A stretch of 64,000 bases of DNA, taken from Amoebidium appalachense (lineage: Eukaryota > Protista > Ichthyosporea). Under the pieces are notes generated by a model. That model saw nothing but the letters and a program-made list of their open reading frames with translations, was not told the origin of the DNA and ran no database searches. Of this stretch, positions 45,911 through 59,311 are shown piece by piece. Position numbers and translations under genes: made by a program. The stretch's first letter is position 1; each line of letters starts with the position of its first letter. Where the stretch lies: NCBI GenBank assembly GCA_963693365.1, contig CAVNZM010000008.1, forward strand, positions 744,001 through 808,000. Direction: 5' to 3'.

Positions 45911-48695
45911 TTGGGGGGAGGACTTAGGGGATGGAGGGGGGGGGGGGTATACATGTGTTCTGCCATATTGCCCACGCGCGTAAATACGTAGTTGAACACA
46001 CATTACACATACACTTGGCACTGTTGTGCACGTAGGTATGTGTGTGCACACACTCTTTCGAAGGCTTTCACTCATTCACTCCCTGTCTTTCTCCCTCTTC
46101 CTCTTCCACCTTCCCCCACCCTTACACTTCCCTTTCCCATTTCTGTTTCACCTACCCCCTCTTTCCTCTCCTCTTTCCCCCCTCCCCTTATAATGCATAC
46201 TCACAAGCACAGCCACGTACAGCTCATGCACATCTGCACGCGCACGACATAGCATGTGCTGCCTTAGGCACACCCTTAGCGTAGTCGGAGGCAAAGCAAA
46301 ATGTTTGGTAGCATGCAAGGATACACACTCACATATAGCACACATGTACACGGATATATATGCAGGAAAAAAAAATATAAAAAATGATGTACTAATAACA
46401 AGCATGCAACCCCACACGCATTAGACATAAGCATGTGCATGCACCAACTCACCCACACAGGAACACTTAAACTCGGAAGCCCACACATCCCTAAATGTCA
46501 TCTCACTCGCGCCAACAGAGTCACACCCACCATATCAACAGGATTGGCACTCATGTCAAAGAGCTCGTAGATCTCCCAAAAGAGCTTCAAAGACAATGTT
46601 CCTACTTCTAACGTAGGGGTGTTCTAGTATTATATATATTCTGCTGCCTGCCCAAACGCTGAGATAGGAGTAGCAGTGGTTTGTTTTATTAACCCATACG
46701 GGGCCTGCTGTCTCTTTGTAAGGGTGATGATGACCTGAACCAAGTGGGACTAGCACAAATAGGTCACAGGGAGCTGCACATAGTAGATCAAATACAATGA
46801 GTCATATGCCTGTTGCTCTATGTTGCTGCTATTGCACAACAAATTCGAAACCCTCAGCTGCAATGCCGCAGGCTGTACGTGGCTGGCTGTGCCAGAATAA
46901 CAGAACACTGTGCCCATGTGATCTAACAGTGGGGTTGGACCTAGCCGAAAATCGGAGGATAGGCTGCATGTGTTCCAGGCCGAACCTGGCGACACATGCA
47001 TCTTCTGCAGCCTATTGAAAACAATGAAGAGTATGAACACAAGTCCGACCACAGACACACACGTACCCAAAAACACATACCCCTCCACAACCTCACACGT
47101 GCTTGCAAGTTCCTGACAAACCAATCATGCCCCCTCCCCCCACCCTCCCTAAAAAGGGGGGGGGGGGCAAGGGTAAGGAGGGGAAGGAAGAGCGGTGGGA
47201 GGGGGTGGAGGGGAAAGGGGGGGGGGGGGGGGGAGGGGGGGGGGGGGGGGGGACGATGCAAAGTACAAAGTAAGCATTCACGACGGGCAAAACAGTATAG
47301 ATTGTGCAAAGCATGTACATGAGTAAAGGCGGGGGAGGGGGGGGGGGGGGGGGGGGGGGGGGCTAAAAGTGTTCGTGTTACGGGGAATGAAAAACACATT
47401 CACGAGGGACAACACCGTGCAGATCGTGCAAAGCACGCACACATGCAAAGCCCACCCTTAGTGGAGATGCAAGTCACCTGCAGTTTCCAAGTTTCTATTA
47501 AAACACAACTAAGGTGCTGCTTCGCTTGAACATAGGTGTGTGAGCCGTCTTGATCAGAGACGAGCAGGGATACTTTTTAGAAGAGGCAGAGCAGTGCGAA
47601 GTAAGGTCTCAGGAGAGAGCAACCACCGTCAAGGCTCAGGAAACGGGGATTATGAGAAGTTCCTTGTCCCAACATAAGTTAATTCTTTCCTTATTAACAT
47701 ACAATAACGCAAGGGAAGCCGGGGGGGGGGGGGGGGAAAGGGGGGGGGGGGGGGGGGGGAATGAGTAAGGGGAGGGGGAAGGGGAGGTACAAGGGGGGGG
47801 GGGGGGGAGGGGTGGGAGGGGGGTTCTCTCACCCTGCTCTCTGTGATGGGGGAGCTTAACTGAGGGAAGGGGGGAAAGGGGGAGGGGGGGGGTTTTGAAT
47901 AGCGCCAAAAAGTACGAAGTACACAAGAACAAACGGATAACACGATGCAGAATGCAAGCCATACATAAAGAGTATGCATAATAAGCAGAGCCCATCCTCA
48001 GGGGGGGCCCACGTCATCCACAGTACCCGAGTTTCGACCTATTCCCCTCGTTAACGAAACCCAACTCAGATACTGTTTCACTTGAACATGAGTAGGTCAC
48101 CCGTCTTGATCAGAGACGAGCAGGGTTGCTTATGCAGGCAAGGGCAGTGGGAAAGGCCGGGGGTTAAAGTTGCAGCAGTAAGCAGAAGCAAGAAAAATAT
48201 AGATAGGAACTCAGGAGACGGGGCTTCTAGGAAGCTCCCCCGTCGATACCTAAGTCGATACTTCCCTGGCTAACATACTACACCAGCTGAAAAGAATTAA
48301 GTCCCGAAGGCCACAGAATTCGTAATCAGAGGGGAAAATATGAGATTTGACCCACGCCGCAGGGTAGTAACACGCTTACTAGGGCGGAACTTTATCGTCT
48401 TCGAACGGAAAGCTATGCCCCCGGATGTCAGCCGGAAATATGGTATCACCCATTGCTTTGGGCTTGAAAAAAGCCAAACCGATAGTCCGAGTTATGTTAC
48501 GCCGGCGGGTAACATGCCGCATGGGTTCCAAGGGAGCTGTCGCCAACAGAGCGGTGTGTGCATGCGTGCGCGTAACGCAATGTGTGAAGTGTGTCTATAG
48601 CTATGAAAGGGGGTATGCAGAAGTGGACAGATGAAGTGTGTGGAGAGAAAAACAGTAAGAAGAAAAGTAGACACCGGTATGTGCAACCCCGCACA

Positions 48696-48730
<35 letters not shown>

Positions 48731-48791
48731 AATAAGCGAAGATTACAGGTAATCAACCAGAACAACAATGACAAGCAAAACAACAGGCGCC

Positions 48792-48822
<31 letters not shown>

Positions 48823-48827
48823 AGGAA

Positions 48828-48968
<141 letters not shown>

Positions 48969-49464
48969 AGGGTGGGGGGGGGGGGGGGGAGGGGGAGGGG
49001 AGGGGGAGGGGGTCTTATGGATGCTGCAGAATCGTCAGATATTAGACAAATCGTACCAATACGATCATTCTCTCATATATGTGAGAAGATTGTGACTAAC
49101 GATGTGCAGATCTGGTTAAGACCTGTTGGGTGTGCAGAGAAAATGGGAGGGGAAGGAGGAGGGAAAGGGGGAGGGGGGGGGGGGAAGTAAGAGAGGGGAG
49201 GGAATGTTAGAGTGTCAGTAGTCTCAGGGGACCCTGCAGAGTCGTTAGATGTCAGACAAAAACGCACCAACGACCAAGTTCTCCGAGGGGAGAAATGCGT
49301 AAAACGTTCTGCAGAGTGGGTTAGAGACCTGCTGATGAGAAGAGTGTATACAGGGTTTGGCCAGGGGGGGGGGGGGGGGGGGAAAGGGGGGGAAAAAGAA
49401 GGTAGGAGGGGAGGAGGGGGGGGGGGGGGGGGAGGAGAAGGGAAAAAAAAAAAAAAAAAAAAAA

Positions 49465-49502
<38 letters not shown>

Positions 49503-49538
49503 GGGAAGGGAGGGGAGGGAGGGAGGGGGAAGAAAAAG

Positions 49539-49575
<37 letters not shown>

Positions 49576-50059
49576 CTGTGGTGGACAGATCAGAGACGAG
49601 ACCTCCATTTCAAAACTTACCAGGCAACCCAAAAAACCTAGCCGGCTGAGAAAGAAGAACGGCGGGGGAATTGTTTGGGAAAAGGTGCGGGGGGAGAGAG
49701 GGGAAGGGGGGGGGAGAGGGGGAGAGAGGGGGAGAGGGAGAGAGAGAGAGAGGGAGGGAGAGAACGAGAGAGAACGAAAGAGAGCGAGAGAGGGAGACAG
49801 AGAGAGAGAGAGGGAGGGAGAGAGAGGGAGAGGGAGAGAGAGAGGGAGAGAGAGAGGGGAGGGGGGGGGGGGGGAGGGGGGGGGGGGGGGGGAGGTGTAG
49901 GGGCTGGTAGGGGGGGGGGAGGGGGGGGGGGGGGGGGAACCGGGATAGAGTGGGGGACTAGGGAGTGTTGATCTTTTTAGTGATGATGGAGAGTATGTGA
50001 GAGGAGTGAACGCCACGGTATATGTGCGGGGGGGAAGGCCGATAAACACACTAAGTACA

Positions 50060-50246
50060 AGCCCTCCTCCCTGCGCACACCGCGGCTGCTGACAGCCAGG
50101 CGCTCTCGCAGCTCCTGCACCGTGCTGACGCCAACCAGCCACCCGTCGGTGCTTGGGCTGACTGCAGGCCGGCTCAAATAGGCCTCATAGGCTGCCTGCA
50201 GGCTCACCGGGCCGGGCTGAGGTGTCTTTTTGACTTTGCGACCCAT
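50060..50246 (-). CDS. Putative first coding exon (MGRKVKKTPQPGPVSLQAAYEAYLSRP...RREEG), likely of the TRANK1-like gene
   Basis: GC-rich, codon-like block beside a CCAAT-containing intergenic region. The link to downstream exons across ~4 kb is inferred. Confidence 0.45.
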
Positions 50247-50299
50247 GCTGGAGCAGATAAACCTGTATAGGTGCGCTTGGTTGGACTTGGTCTCTACCA

Positions 50300-51812
50300 C
50301 TGCAGGATTTGTGTTCAGGCCGTCAGCCTGCTTTATTACCTATAAAAAAATGCCGTCGTAAGTTGTTCAAAGTGGGCCCAATGGCCCGTCACAGAACCGT
50401 TGACCGACACCACAAAGGAACAGACGTCTCGGCCGTTTGACGGCAGCATACCCCCTAAATCGAGTTGCGCAAACACTGAGCCACGGAGTTACGGAGTTAC
50501 GGTGACTCATCAAAACAAAAGACGAAGAAAAGCCCAAAAAGTGGCAAACCGTCTCACACGTACTGACGGTGTGCACGCGCTGCGATGAACTTTACGTTCG
50601 CTGCAGACGGGCACACGTACGGTTTTATCGTCACCTAACCAATCGAATCGGCTAGACTCGAACCACCATGATATGCAACCAATCAGTTCGGAAATACGTG
50701 TGCCAGGATGTTTTGCCTTTCGATTCCAGCGCGTGCGTTTTGACCCCACCTTGAGGCAATTTTTAAAAAAAAAAAAACAGCCATTCAGTGAAAAGGCTCG
50801 AAGCGAAGCAAATTTGATTTCTTTGCATGATTTTGATGCAATCGCTGACAAGGCATTGATAACGTCATGCATAACGTCATTCATTCCCGCTCGAATTCAA
50901 ACCTCTTCGACCGTTCAGTACCGGTACCGGACTCCTCCGTGTGTCTTATGTCTGTCTGTTAACACCGTCACAAACCGTTGGTCGCAGCCTATTATTAATA
51001 CTCTCGGTTGCAGCTGCTTACTATGTGCCTGTGTCTGTAACCTGTTTCTAACACCGTCAACCTTACGTATACTGTGTGTCATCTTTTTGATCGTTTCATC
51101 GTTTTGTGGCCTTTCAGGATTAAATGGGCTATGGTTTAACTGCACCAGCGATTATGCGATCTCATCTGAGTCAACCCTGTATTATCATATATTAACCAGA
51201 GACCAATAGATGGGCAGCTTTGAACATCAGCCAATCGCCGGACAGCATGATGCAGTCATCGTTGGTGGCTCCGATTTTTCCTTACACTCTCGCGACCGCG
51301 TGCATGCTTTCTGTCGCGGCGCCTCGACGGTTCGATGGAGTCCAGTGTTCGCTGAATGTGTAAGGAAAAATAAGGAGCCATCTCAGTAGGTGGCAGGCAA
51401 ACCGTTAGCAAGTAGCTAATTTACGGTACCGATGATGAATTATGTATATCCTGCCCAGACCTCGTGGACCTACTATGATAGCAACTCGCAACCACGTAGC
51501 CAAGAAAACTGAGAGAGTGGCCAACGGGACTGGTGGTTCCCTCCATGCATACACGTTTTGCTGGCAGTAGAAGAGACCGACAGCTGTTGAGGAGGGTTGC
51601 TGCAGTCCAGTGTCTGAGGGCATACAAACCATGATACCGCGCTGTGCTGCTTTTGGGTAGAGGGGAAAACAGCCATGGGCCGCAGATGTTGAGTTGATGG
51701 TCATGAATCTTAATCCTTTTGCTTGGTTTATGGAGCAGGGCCACCCTGATAACACTTGTTGGAGTAATCGTTGCAAGCACCGGCACAAGCATTTTTACCG
51801 TAGAGCACAAAT
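50300..51812. promoter_or_regulatory. Probable divergent promoter region
   Basis: Lies between head-to-head start codons (50246 on -, 51813 on +); repeat-poor, CpG-rich, with CCAAT motifs near 50639, 50679, 51203 and 51231. Confidence 0.4.
51266..51380. mobile_element. Small MITE-like inverted-repeat element (~115 bp)
   Basis: TIRs tggctccgatttttccttacac (51266-51287) and gtgtaaggaaaaataaggagcca (51358-51380). Confidence 0.6.
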
Positions 51813-53929
51813 ATGGGAGGGAAAATTAGCGTGCAGCATAGTGCGCGGTTTATTCCACGCAACATAGTTGTATTCAATCACGACGACCGGGTGGTGTTTA
51901 TGGAGGTGGAGGTAGTCAAGGGTGAAGATGCAGCCAACGTCATTGACCCGCTCAAGTTTGGCCTGTTTAATAACAACCTGGACACGGCAATCAAGGCAAA
52001 GGTAGGGCTCTTTGTGGTGTTAATCTCGTTCCCCCTCGCACCCACATCCTCAAGGCTACATAAATTTGCCCTGCCACCCGTCCATCTCACGCTCTCCCCC
52101 CCCCCCCCCCCCCCTCCTGCCCTCCCCCCACCCGCTCTTGTAGTTTGTCCTTTGGTGCCTCCTCCCTCTAACGTATACTTCGCCCCCCGTCCCCCCCCTT
52201 CGACCCCTGCCGCCTCGCCCCCCGAGCCTCTCTCCTTCCCCTACACCACTCCCTCCTTGCTCGCACCCGGGCTGCATCTGCACGCGTGCTTTGGTGGAGA
52301 CATCCTGCACTTTCTCCAAACCCATGGATTTTAGAAGTTTGCCAGCACTTTTTTTCACACAATCTTCTCCCTGATCAAATTGTTAGACGTCTTGGTGCTC
52401 TCTCTCTCCCCCAAAGCGACCAGTTAACAGGCAGACCATTGATGTTTCGCTGTTCTCGCTTCGCTTATGGGCCAGGAGATGCACACGCAAAAGAAGTTCC
52501 TGCAAGCTAAACTGGTCTTTAAAGTGGGTCACTTTTCCCTGTTCCATTGTCATTTTTCCTGCTGGTTTGCACATGCTATGTAAGTGTGCCTAAGACTGTG
52601 TGGTGCTGCAGATCACCCAAGATGTGATATATGGACTCCGGCACGTAGTGTACCTGGTCGAGTCCACGTCCCCGGCAGTGCCTCTTGCACCAGATAAGGG
52701 TGGCCGTTTAGACGAGGACTCTGCCCGGCAGTTAGTGGTATGTGCACTTGCTTCATGTTTTGCTGACTCGGGGGTGTAGCTTACACATTCCCCCCTTTCC
52801 CCCCCCCCTCCCCCCCCTCCCTCCCCTCCCCTTCCCCACCCCCACCCCCACCGAATCCCCTCTCTCTCTCTCTCCCCCCCCCCCCGTCGTTTTGTGCTTC
52901 TTCCGGCCCTGTCTTCTCACCCCTAGGCATTTTTATCTGTTGCGGCGTTTATACTTCCGTTGTCACCCTTCCACTATTGTGTGCTCTTCTTCTTGTCTTC
53001 ATAATATTCGAACATCCCCCTCCCCTCCCCCCCTTCAAATGCATGCTCTCCTAGGTTCCCTTCCTTATCAAATTGATCAACATATATTACCCTTTGTTGA
53101 TTCCTTACACAAGCTATTTCGATTTTCTCTCGTGCCGTCACCCCATGTGTGTACTCCCCCTTGTCCCTTTCACCCTCCCACCCTCTGTCTCTGTCTCTGT
53201 CTCTCTCGTCCCCCCCTCCCCCCGGGCCCCCGTTCCTCTCATTCTCCCTTCCTCTCCCTCTTTTGCTTTTTCTCTCACTCTCTTCTCACTGTGTTTCCTT
53301 TTTCTTCCCCCTCTTCTCTCCTGCCTCCGACCTCCCCCACACCCCTTCCCTCCCCTCCAACAACACTCCCCCTCCCCCCCTCCCCCGCCCCTCCCTTTCT
53401 CTATTCTTCCCCCCCATCCACCGCTCACCCTTTTTGGGTGGGGTGGGGTCCAATAGTGGCACCGAACACAAAGCACCAATTAGTACCATCTGCACATGAC
53501 CCATGCAGTTGTGCTGGTGGGCGGACAAGGGTGTGGGCTTGTTTTGGGGGTGTTTTTTTGAGGGGGGGAAAGGAGGTGGGGAGGGGGGGAGGAGGGGGGG
53601 ATACACGCCACGATGAAAAACATATCAATAGAAACGGAGCAATGGCATCCACACGAACCACGTCGATGGATGATGCAACATCCAGCTCACACCGTCCCAA
53701 CCATTAGGGGCTGCTAGCCATCAGCGAGACACACTTTGGGGATTTCCGGCCGCAGGAAGACAGTTACATCATCACACTGCGGCCCATCAACCAGCTGCAC
53801 CGCAAGTTCAGCCAGGGCTACAGGGCCTTCCACTACATCCTCGACAACAGCCACGAGCTGCTCATGGCATTCACCATGGACGTCAGGCCGATCCCTGCGT
53901 ACGTGCCCGTGCCTGTCTGTCTGTGCGAA

Positions 53930-53983
<54 letters not shown>

Positions 53984-54057
53984 AATACAGTGAAGAACTT
54001 GCTCGGAGGAGAGGTTGGGAAGAGGAAGGGTGGATTGGGAAGGGTGCTAATCGCTGT

Positions 54058-54088
<31 letters not shown>

Positions 54089-54490
54089 AGAGGGGGGGGG
54101 GGGCACAATGGAGAGGTCTGAAGATGTAGGAGAGGTGGGAGAGCTGTGGGGAAGTACCCCCGTGAAGCTAAGGTGTTGGGGATGAACTGCTGATTTTGGA
54201 TTTGGTTACTATTGTGTGATGTGGAGACTGGGAAAGTCATGTGTGGTTTATGTGGCACAGAAACGAGCTGATGGCAGGACGTGCTTGGTTGGGGAAGTGC
54301 TGGGTGGGGTAGTGGGGCGTGATTGAGAGGAGCATGATGGGGCATGGGTTTGTTTTTGTTTGGTGTGTTTGTGCTTGTGCATGTGTGCGTGTGCGCTTGT
54401 CGGTGGGTGGGTGGGTTGGTGGGTGGGCATGCATGCATGTAGCTGTATGCGCATGTGTGTGCGTGTGGGTGGGTGAATGGGTGGGTGGGG

Positions 54491-54573
<83 letters not shown>

Positions 54574-55042
54574 CGTGTTTTCTTGTTTGCCGGTGTTTGT
54601 ATGACTGTTACAGTTGAGTACCTCTGTGTTTGTATGACTGTTACAGTTGAGTACCTCTGTTGCCAAACCTACCTGTTACTTCCTTTCTCTTCCGTTTTTG
54701 GATGCAAGGTTTCTTTCTTCTTTTCTCCTCATGCTCTTCTCTGCACATAACCCTTTTTGTTGTTGTTTCATGCAAATGAGGTCTTATTCAAGTAGGAAAG
54801 CCATTGTGCAATCGAGATAGAAACTTTGCTGCCGAAACCACATGGAAAGGGTTGTGGTGGTCCTTGCCCCCCCCCCTCCCCCCCCCCCCCCCCCTCCCCC
54901 CCCCCCCCCCCCCCTCGACATTCTCTCCTCGACATTCTCTCCATCTTCTTTTTGGCCGTTTGTGCCTACTGCCTCATCAACTTACTCTATCGTTGTTCGG
55001 TCTCCAGATGCATTTTTGTTTGCTTTTTGCTTTTTTCGCACC

Positions 55043-55080
<38 letters not shown>

Positions 55081-55153
55081 AAAGAAATTTCGGCATTGAA
55101 TCTGTTTCTAAGGTGTGTGATGGGAGCTCCACGCGATGTTGCCGTATGCTCAG

Positions 55154-55207
<54 letters not shown>

Positions 55208-55975
55208 AAAAAAAAAAAAAAAAACTACTCGATTTTTGTTGGTTGGGCAGTTCCTGTCCGGTGCAGTATATCCCTCCCCCCCGCTCCCCCCCTCTCTCTC
55301 TCTCATGCACACAGACACACAGATATATGTTGTTGTTTCTCTGCCTGATACTCGAACCTTTATTACCTAGTTGTGCTAGTCTACCAACATCATTTTGTGC
55401 CGTGCAGGAACAGCAACAGCCAAAACCGCATGTCAACGCTGCTGGCCAAGGGCAAGGGCCTCAGTGCCAACCTGCTCAAGAAAAAGGTTACTGGCAAGCT
55501 GCGGGCCCACCTGTCCCACAACCTGCAGTATGCGGACGAGATCCACGCAGCAATCACCAGAGAGTCCATCAACGAGTCAAGACGGGCCAGTGAGAGTGCT
55601 GAGTACGAAAAGAGGCCAGAGGAGGTGGTGATATCGGCTAGCGGCACAATCACCCTGCAGCAAGGGGTGGCAGGCGGTGCGGCAGACGGGAAGAAGACAC
55701 AGAGGCATGGGGAGGAGGGGCTGGGCAGCGCCAGGGGCACACTGGCCAGGTCGGCCAGCAACGAGACCATCCGCACAAAGGATGCTGCCGTCAAGTACTC
55801 GGCAACTGAGCCCGTCAGGGGGTTTGCTGGCCCCAAATGGACACCGGCGGGCCAGAGGAGGGCCGATGCAATGGCCGAGAGGTTTCCGAATTTTGCGGCG
55901 CTGATGAAGGCATTTAAGGTGTTTGCGGTGTTAATGGCTACCCTGCTAATCTGGTTGGACCACAGGTCGGGGTAG
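51813..55975 (+). CDS. Hypothetical protein, 4 exons (51813-52001, 52612-52737, 53756-53898, 55408-55975; ~341 aa)
   Basis: GT-AG introns join in phase (0,0,2). Begins MGGKIS (myristoylation-like) and ends in the hydrophobic segment VFAVLMATLLIWL. No family recognised. Confidence 0.75.
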
Positions 55976-57213
55976 GAGGGAGCAGCGTTGCGCAATTATG
56001 GTGCATTTGTGTGATTTAGTGGGCACAGCTATGTAGTTTGGCTCTTGATGACAGAAGGAATATTTGAAATGGTATGAATGCCTAGAAAGCCTGCCAAGCG
56101 AATGTATGCACATACTGTGCGTTTGGATAATCTTTCGTGCAAGTGAGCAAGCGTGACCTGCCAATATTGGCGGCAAAACTATGCAGTATGATGCTTGGTG
56201 GTTACGACTGACTGTTTTGGAATTGTAATGAAGGCCCTCAAATGCATATTATCGTGGTGCTAGAGCCGAGTCATAAAAGTTAGGTTTGCACCATGATGCA
56301 CAAATTGAATGCAGGAACCCATACAACGGTTCAGAATGCAACAAGTCTAAAGTTTGTTAAAGGTTATGGGATGGATGGATGGTGGATGGTATTAATGGGG
56401 CGGGGACCCCCGGGCGGGGAGGGGGGAAGTCCGCTTGTGACGGTTAGAGTGTGCTAAAGTCACACAGCCGTGTGTGTAGTCAGGGCCGCGGAGTTGCCGG
56501 GCCCCATGCATATGTATGTATTAATATCATGTACACGGATACAACATTAATATTAACGACTTCAGAATCAAAATTACTACCACATACAATGGTCGCAAAT
56601 ACTGCCCAATCTCAGATTTCCAGAATAAATACTTCGCAATCTTGCAGCCCGTGGTGCCAGTCAGTGGTTGATGGTGGCATCCCCCGTGCCGTATGTAGGC
56701 TGATCCGGCAGCCAATCTCATACCGCAACTATAAATGTTCTGGCCATCCGAGATATACGGTATGGGTTAACGTTAGAGCTGTTTATTCTGGGCACAGAGA
56801 CACACAAGCCCGGGGGGCTTCGTTAGTATGTCCCCGCAGTGTGCTAAAAGGTACATGGATGGGCCGTTGTTGTTTATCATATGCATCCAACGTTGTATAT
56901 AGGTACGGCCTCACGTGACAAATCAAACAGGCTGTCAATTAATTATGTAGTTATAAGTCGACGTCACCGTTTTTGCTTTTTTGCTTTTTTATGCTTTTGT
57001 TTTTCCAACGAGTACTCTTACCTGCGACAACATAGATATATGTACTGTACCGTACCGGGCCGCCGGGGCAGAACAGTCAGCGGGTAGTAAATGAGGGATT
57101 CAATCATTGCACTAGTCGAATACGGTTGACTTGCACTTTACTGGTAACTTTCATGATGCCCCGTGGATAATGGAGAAGGGGGCACTCAGAAATTCGTAGA
57201 GGAGAAAGGAAAA

Positions 57214-57261
<48 letters not shown>

Positions 57262-57957
57262 GGGGGGGGGGGGGGGGAAGGGAAGGACTCTGAGAGGAGG
57301 GGGTCGAAGACGATGCCCATAGCATTGGTGCAGCCATATAATAAATAATCAGATGCTGAGACAAAGATTTAAAATTTCGATGTTAAGTTCCAGTGGAGAT
57401 TTATGTAGTCTAAGACCACCATTAAACTGTAATCTGTCAGAGTATTCCCCCATGTGATCATGATATCCAACAAGGTGATAGCAGCCTCGGGGGGAGGGGA
57501 GGAGGGGGGTAGAGGGGGGGGGGGGGGGGGGGGGGGGGGGAGGGGGGGGGGGGGCGCACTAACTCGGAGCGAGTGGTGGATCCCCCCCACCGGTCCCACC
57601 CTCCCCCTGCTATACAGGGTTAGGCCGAGTTCAAGATCACGTGAATTTTGGCTCCAGCCAGCCAGAATCATGTTTCCAGACCCCCCTAGCCCACAATAGG
57701 AAAAGGAGAAAATATTAATTTTCCGATGATATGTTTTGGGGCCTAGCCCAATAGAATCTTCTATTTTTTCTAGCGTTATAATCCTAAATTCGGAAAATCT
57801 TAAATTTAGCCTACCCCTATAGGAGGGTACTAACTCAAGCGGGTGGTGGGTCCCCTCCCACCCCACCCTTCTCCTGCGCGGACCCCCCTCCCCCCAACTC
57901 TGGGGAAAAAGACACTTCACAGTGCTACTAAACAGGGCCCAACCATATCGGCAGAGG

Positions 57958-58274
57958 CAACTTGCAAAAAAAATTATCCTGCAAAAACCAGCATAATTGT
58001 TGTGAAAAAGCAGAATTATTTTGCAAAAGCAGAATCTTTCTGCAAACGCAGAATTATTCTGCTTTTGACACCAGGATAAACTTGCTCCAGGCAGAATATT
58101 TCCGGCTTTTAGCAGAATAATTCTACTTTCAGCAGAATACTTTTTCTGTTTGCAGAATAATTCTGCTTTTGCTGAATAATTCTGCTTTTGCTAAAATAAT
58201 TCAGAATGATTCTGCCATATGCAGAATAATTCTGTGTTTAAACAGCTGAATTTTTTTTTGCTCGGAGCAAGTTG
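57958..58274. mobile_element. Foldback/MITE-like element built of palindromic GCAGAATAATTCTGC subrepeats
   Basis: Ends caacttgc-A8-tt and aa-T9-gctcgga-gcaagttg; about 9 degenerate copies of the 15-bp palindrome inside. Confidence 0.65.
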
Positions 58275-58285
58275 ACTGATGTGGT

Positions 58286-58329
<44 letters not shown>

Positions 58330-58353
58330 AGCCTCTTCAAAATCGAGCTTCCC

Positions 58354-59268
58354 TTAGTCCCTTTGGGCGTACCCCCGTGGCATCGTGAGCCACCGTGTGA
58401 TAGAGTGCCCAGTAGAACTAATTATGAATACTAACATCTTGTAGCGATATCTGACCACGGCAGCCTGCCATCGTGCTAAACAATAACCAATACCAGGTGT
58501 CAAGGGGCCTTGCAGCTCCGCACTGCCCAGTGCACCACCAATATTGAATCCCACCCGCTCCGCATAAAGGAGCATTGGTGGGCCGCTGGTTGAAGCTTGC
58601 GAAACGTGCGAAGTATCCTAAGGAAGATGCTTGGTAAAAGTGTTTAGCCTGCTAGATGTTACAAGTAACGGAGCCTGACGGACAAAATATTTGTGTTCTG
58701 CAAATTAAGGTCCAAGTGTTTGATATCTGGTTCAGAGGTTCGTCTGCCCTACACGTTTATAGACACACATAGTGAAAACCCCAATCTCATCCTAAAAAAA
58801 TACTCCCCACACATTGTACATGTACAGGTGAGGTGGCCAAACAACTGCAAAGCCTTTTATATTAAACCGGCGACAAGAAATACTACCATAAATGGTAGTT
58901 CTTATTATTGAAGTCGTTACGATTGGCAACCCATTATGCTAAAGTCACGCTTCCACACAAGCACGACTGTAAATAACACTAAATAGTTTTATAATATCTA
59001 GTAGCACAAATGAGAGCCTGTCAGCTATTACCTCATTGGCCTTTCGAGGTCAGGTAGCACAATTGGCTCTGTGCCGCCGGGGTGGCTGCTTTTTCATGCA
59101 TCATAGACGATGGTGCCCTTAAATATGCCTCACTCATGGCACCGTGATTGTGTTGCGAGGGGGCTTGTATTACTGTATTGTACCATATTCCTTAAGCCAA
59201 CACCATGGTAAATTGACCGTAACCCCCCCCCCCCCCCCTCCCCCCCCCCCCCCCCCCCCCCCCTCTCC

Positions 59269-59311
<43 letters not shown>

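Noticed and set aside
46500-47050. Non-repetitive block as a possible gene or TE relic (also 56450-57100)
   Set aside because: No recognisable motifs or consistent splice structure.
48075-48115. Hammerhead ribozyme on the - strand (CTGA...GAAAC)
   Set aside because: The core reads CUGAUCA rather than CUGANGA, and stems I-III could not be built.
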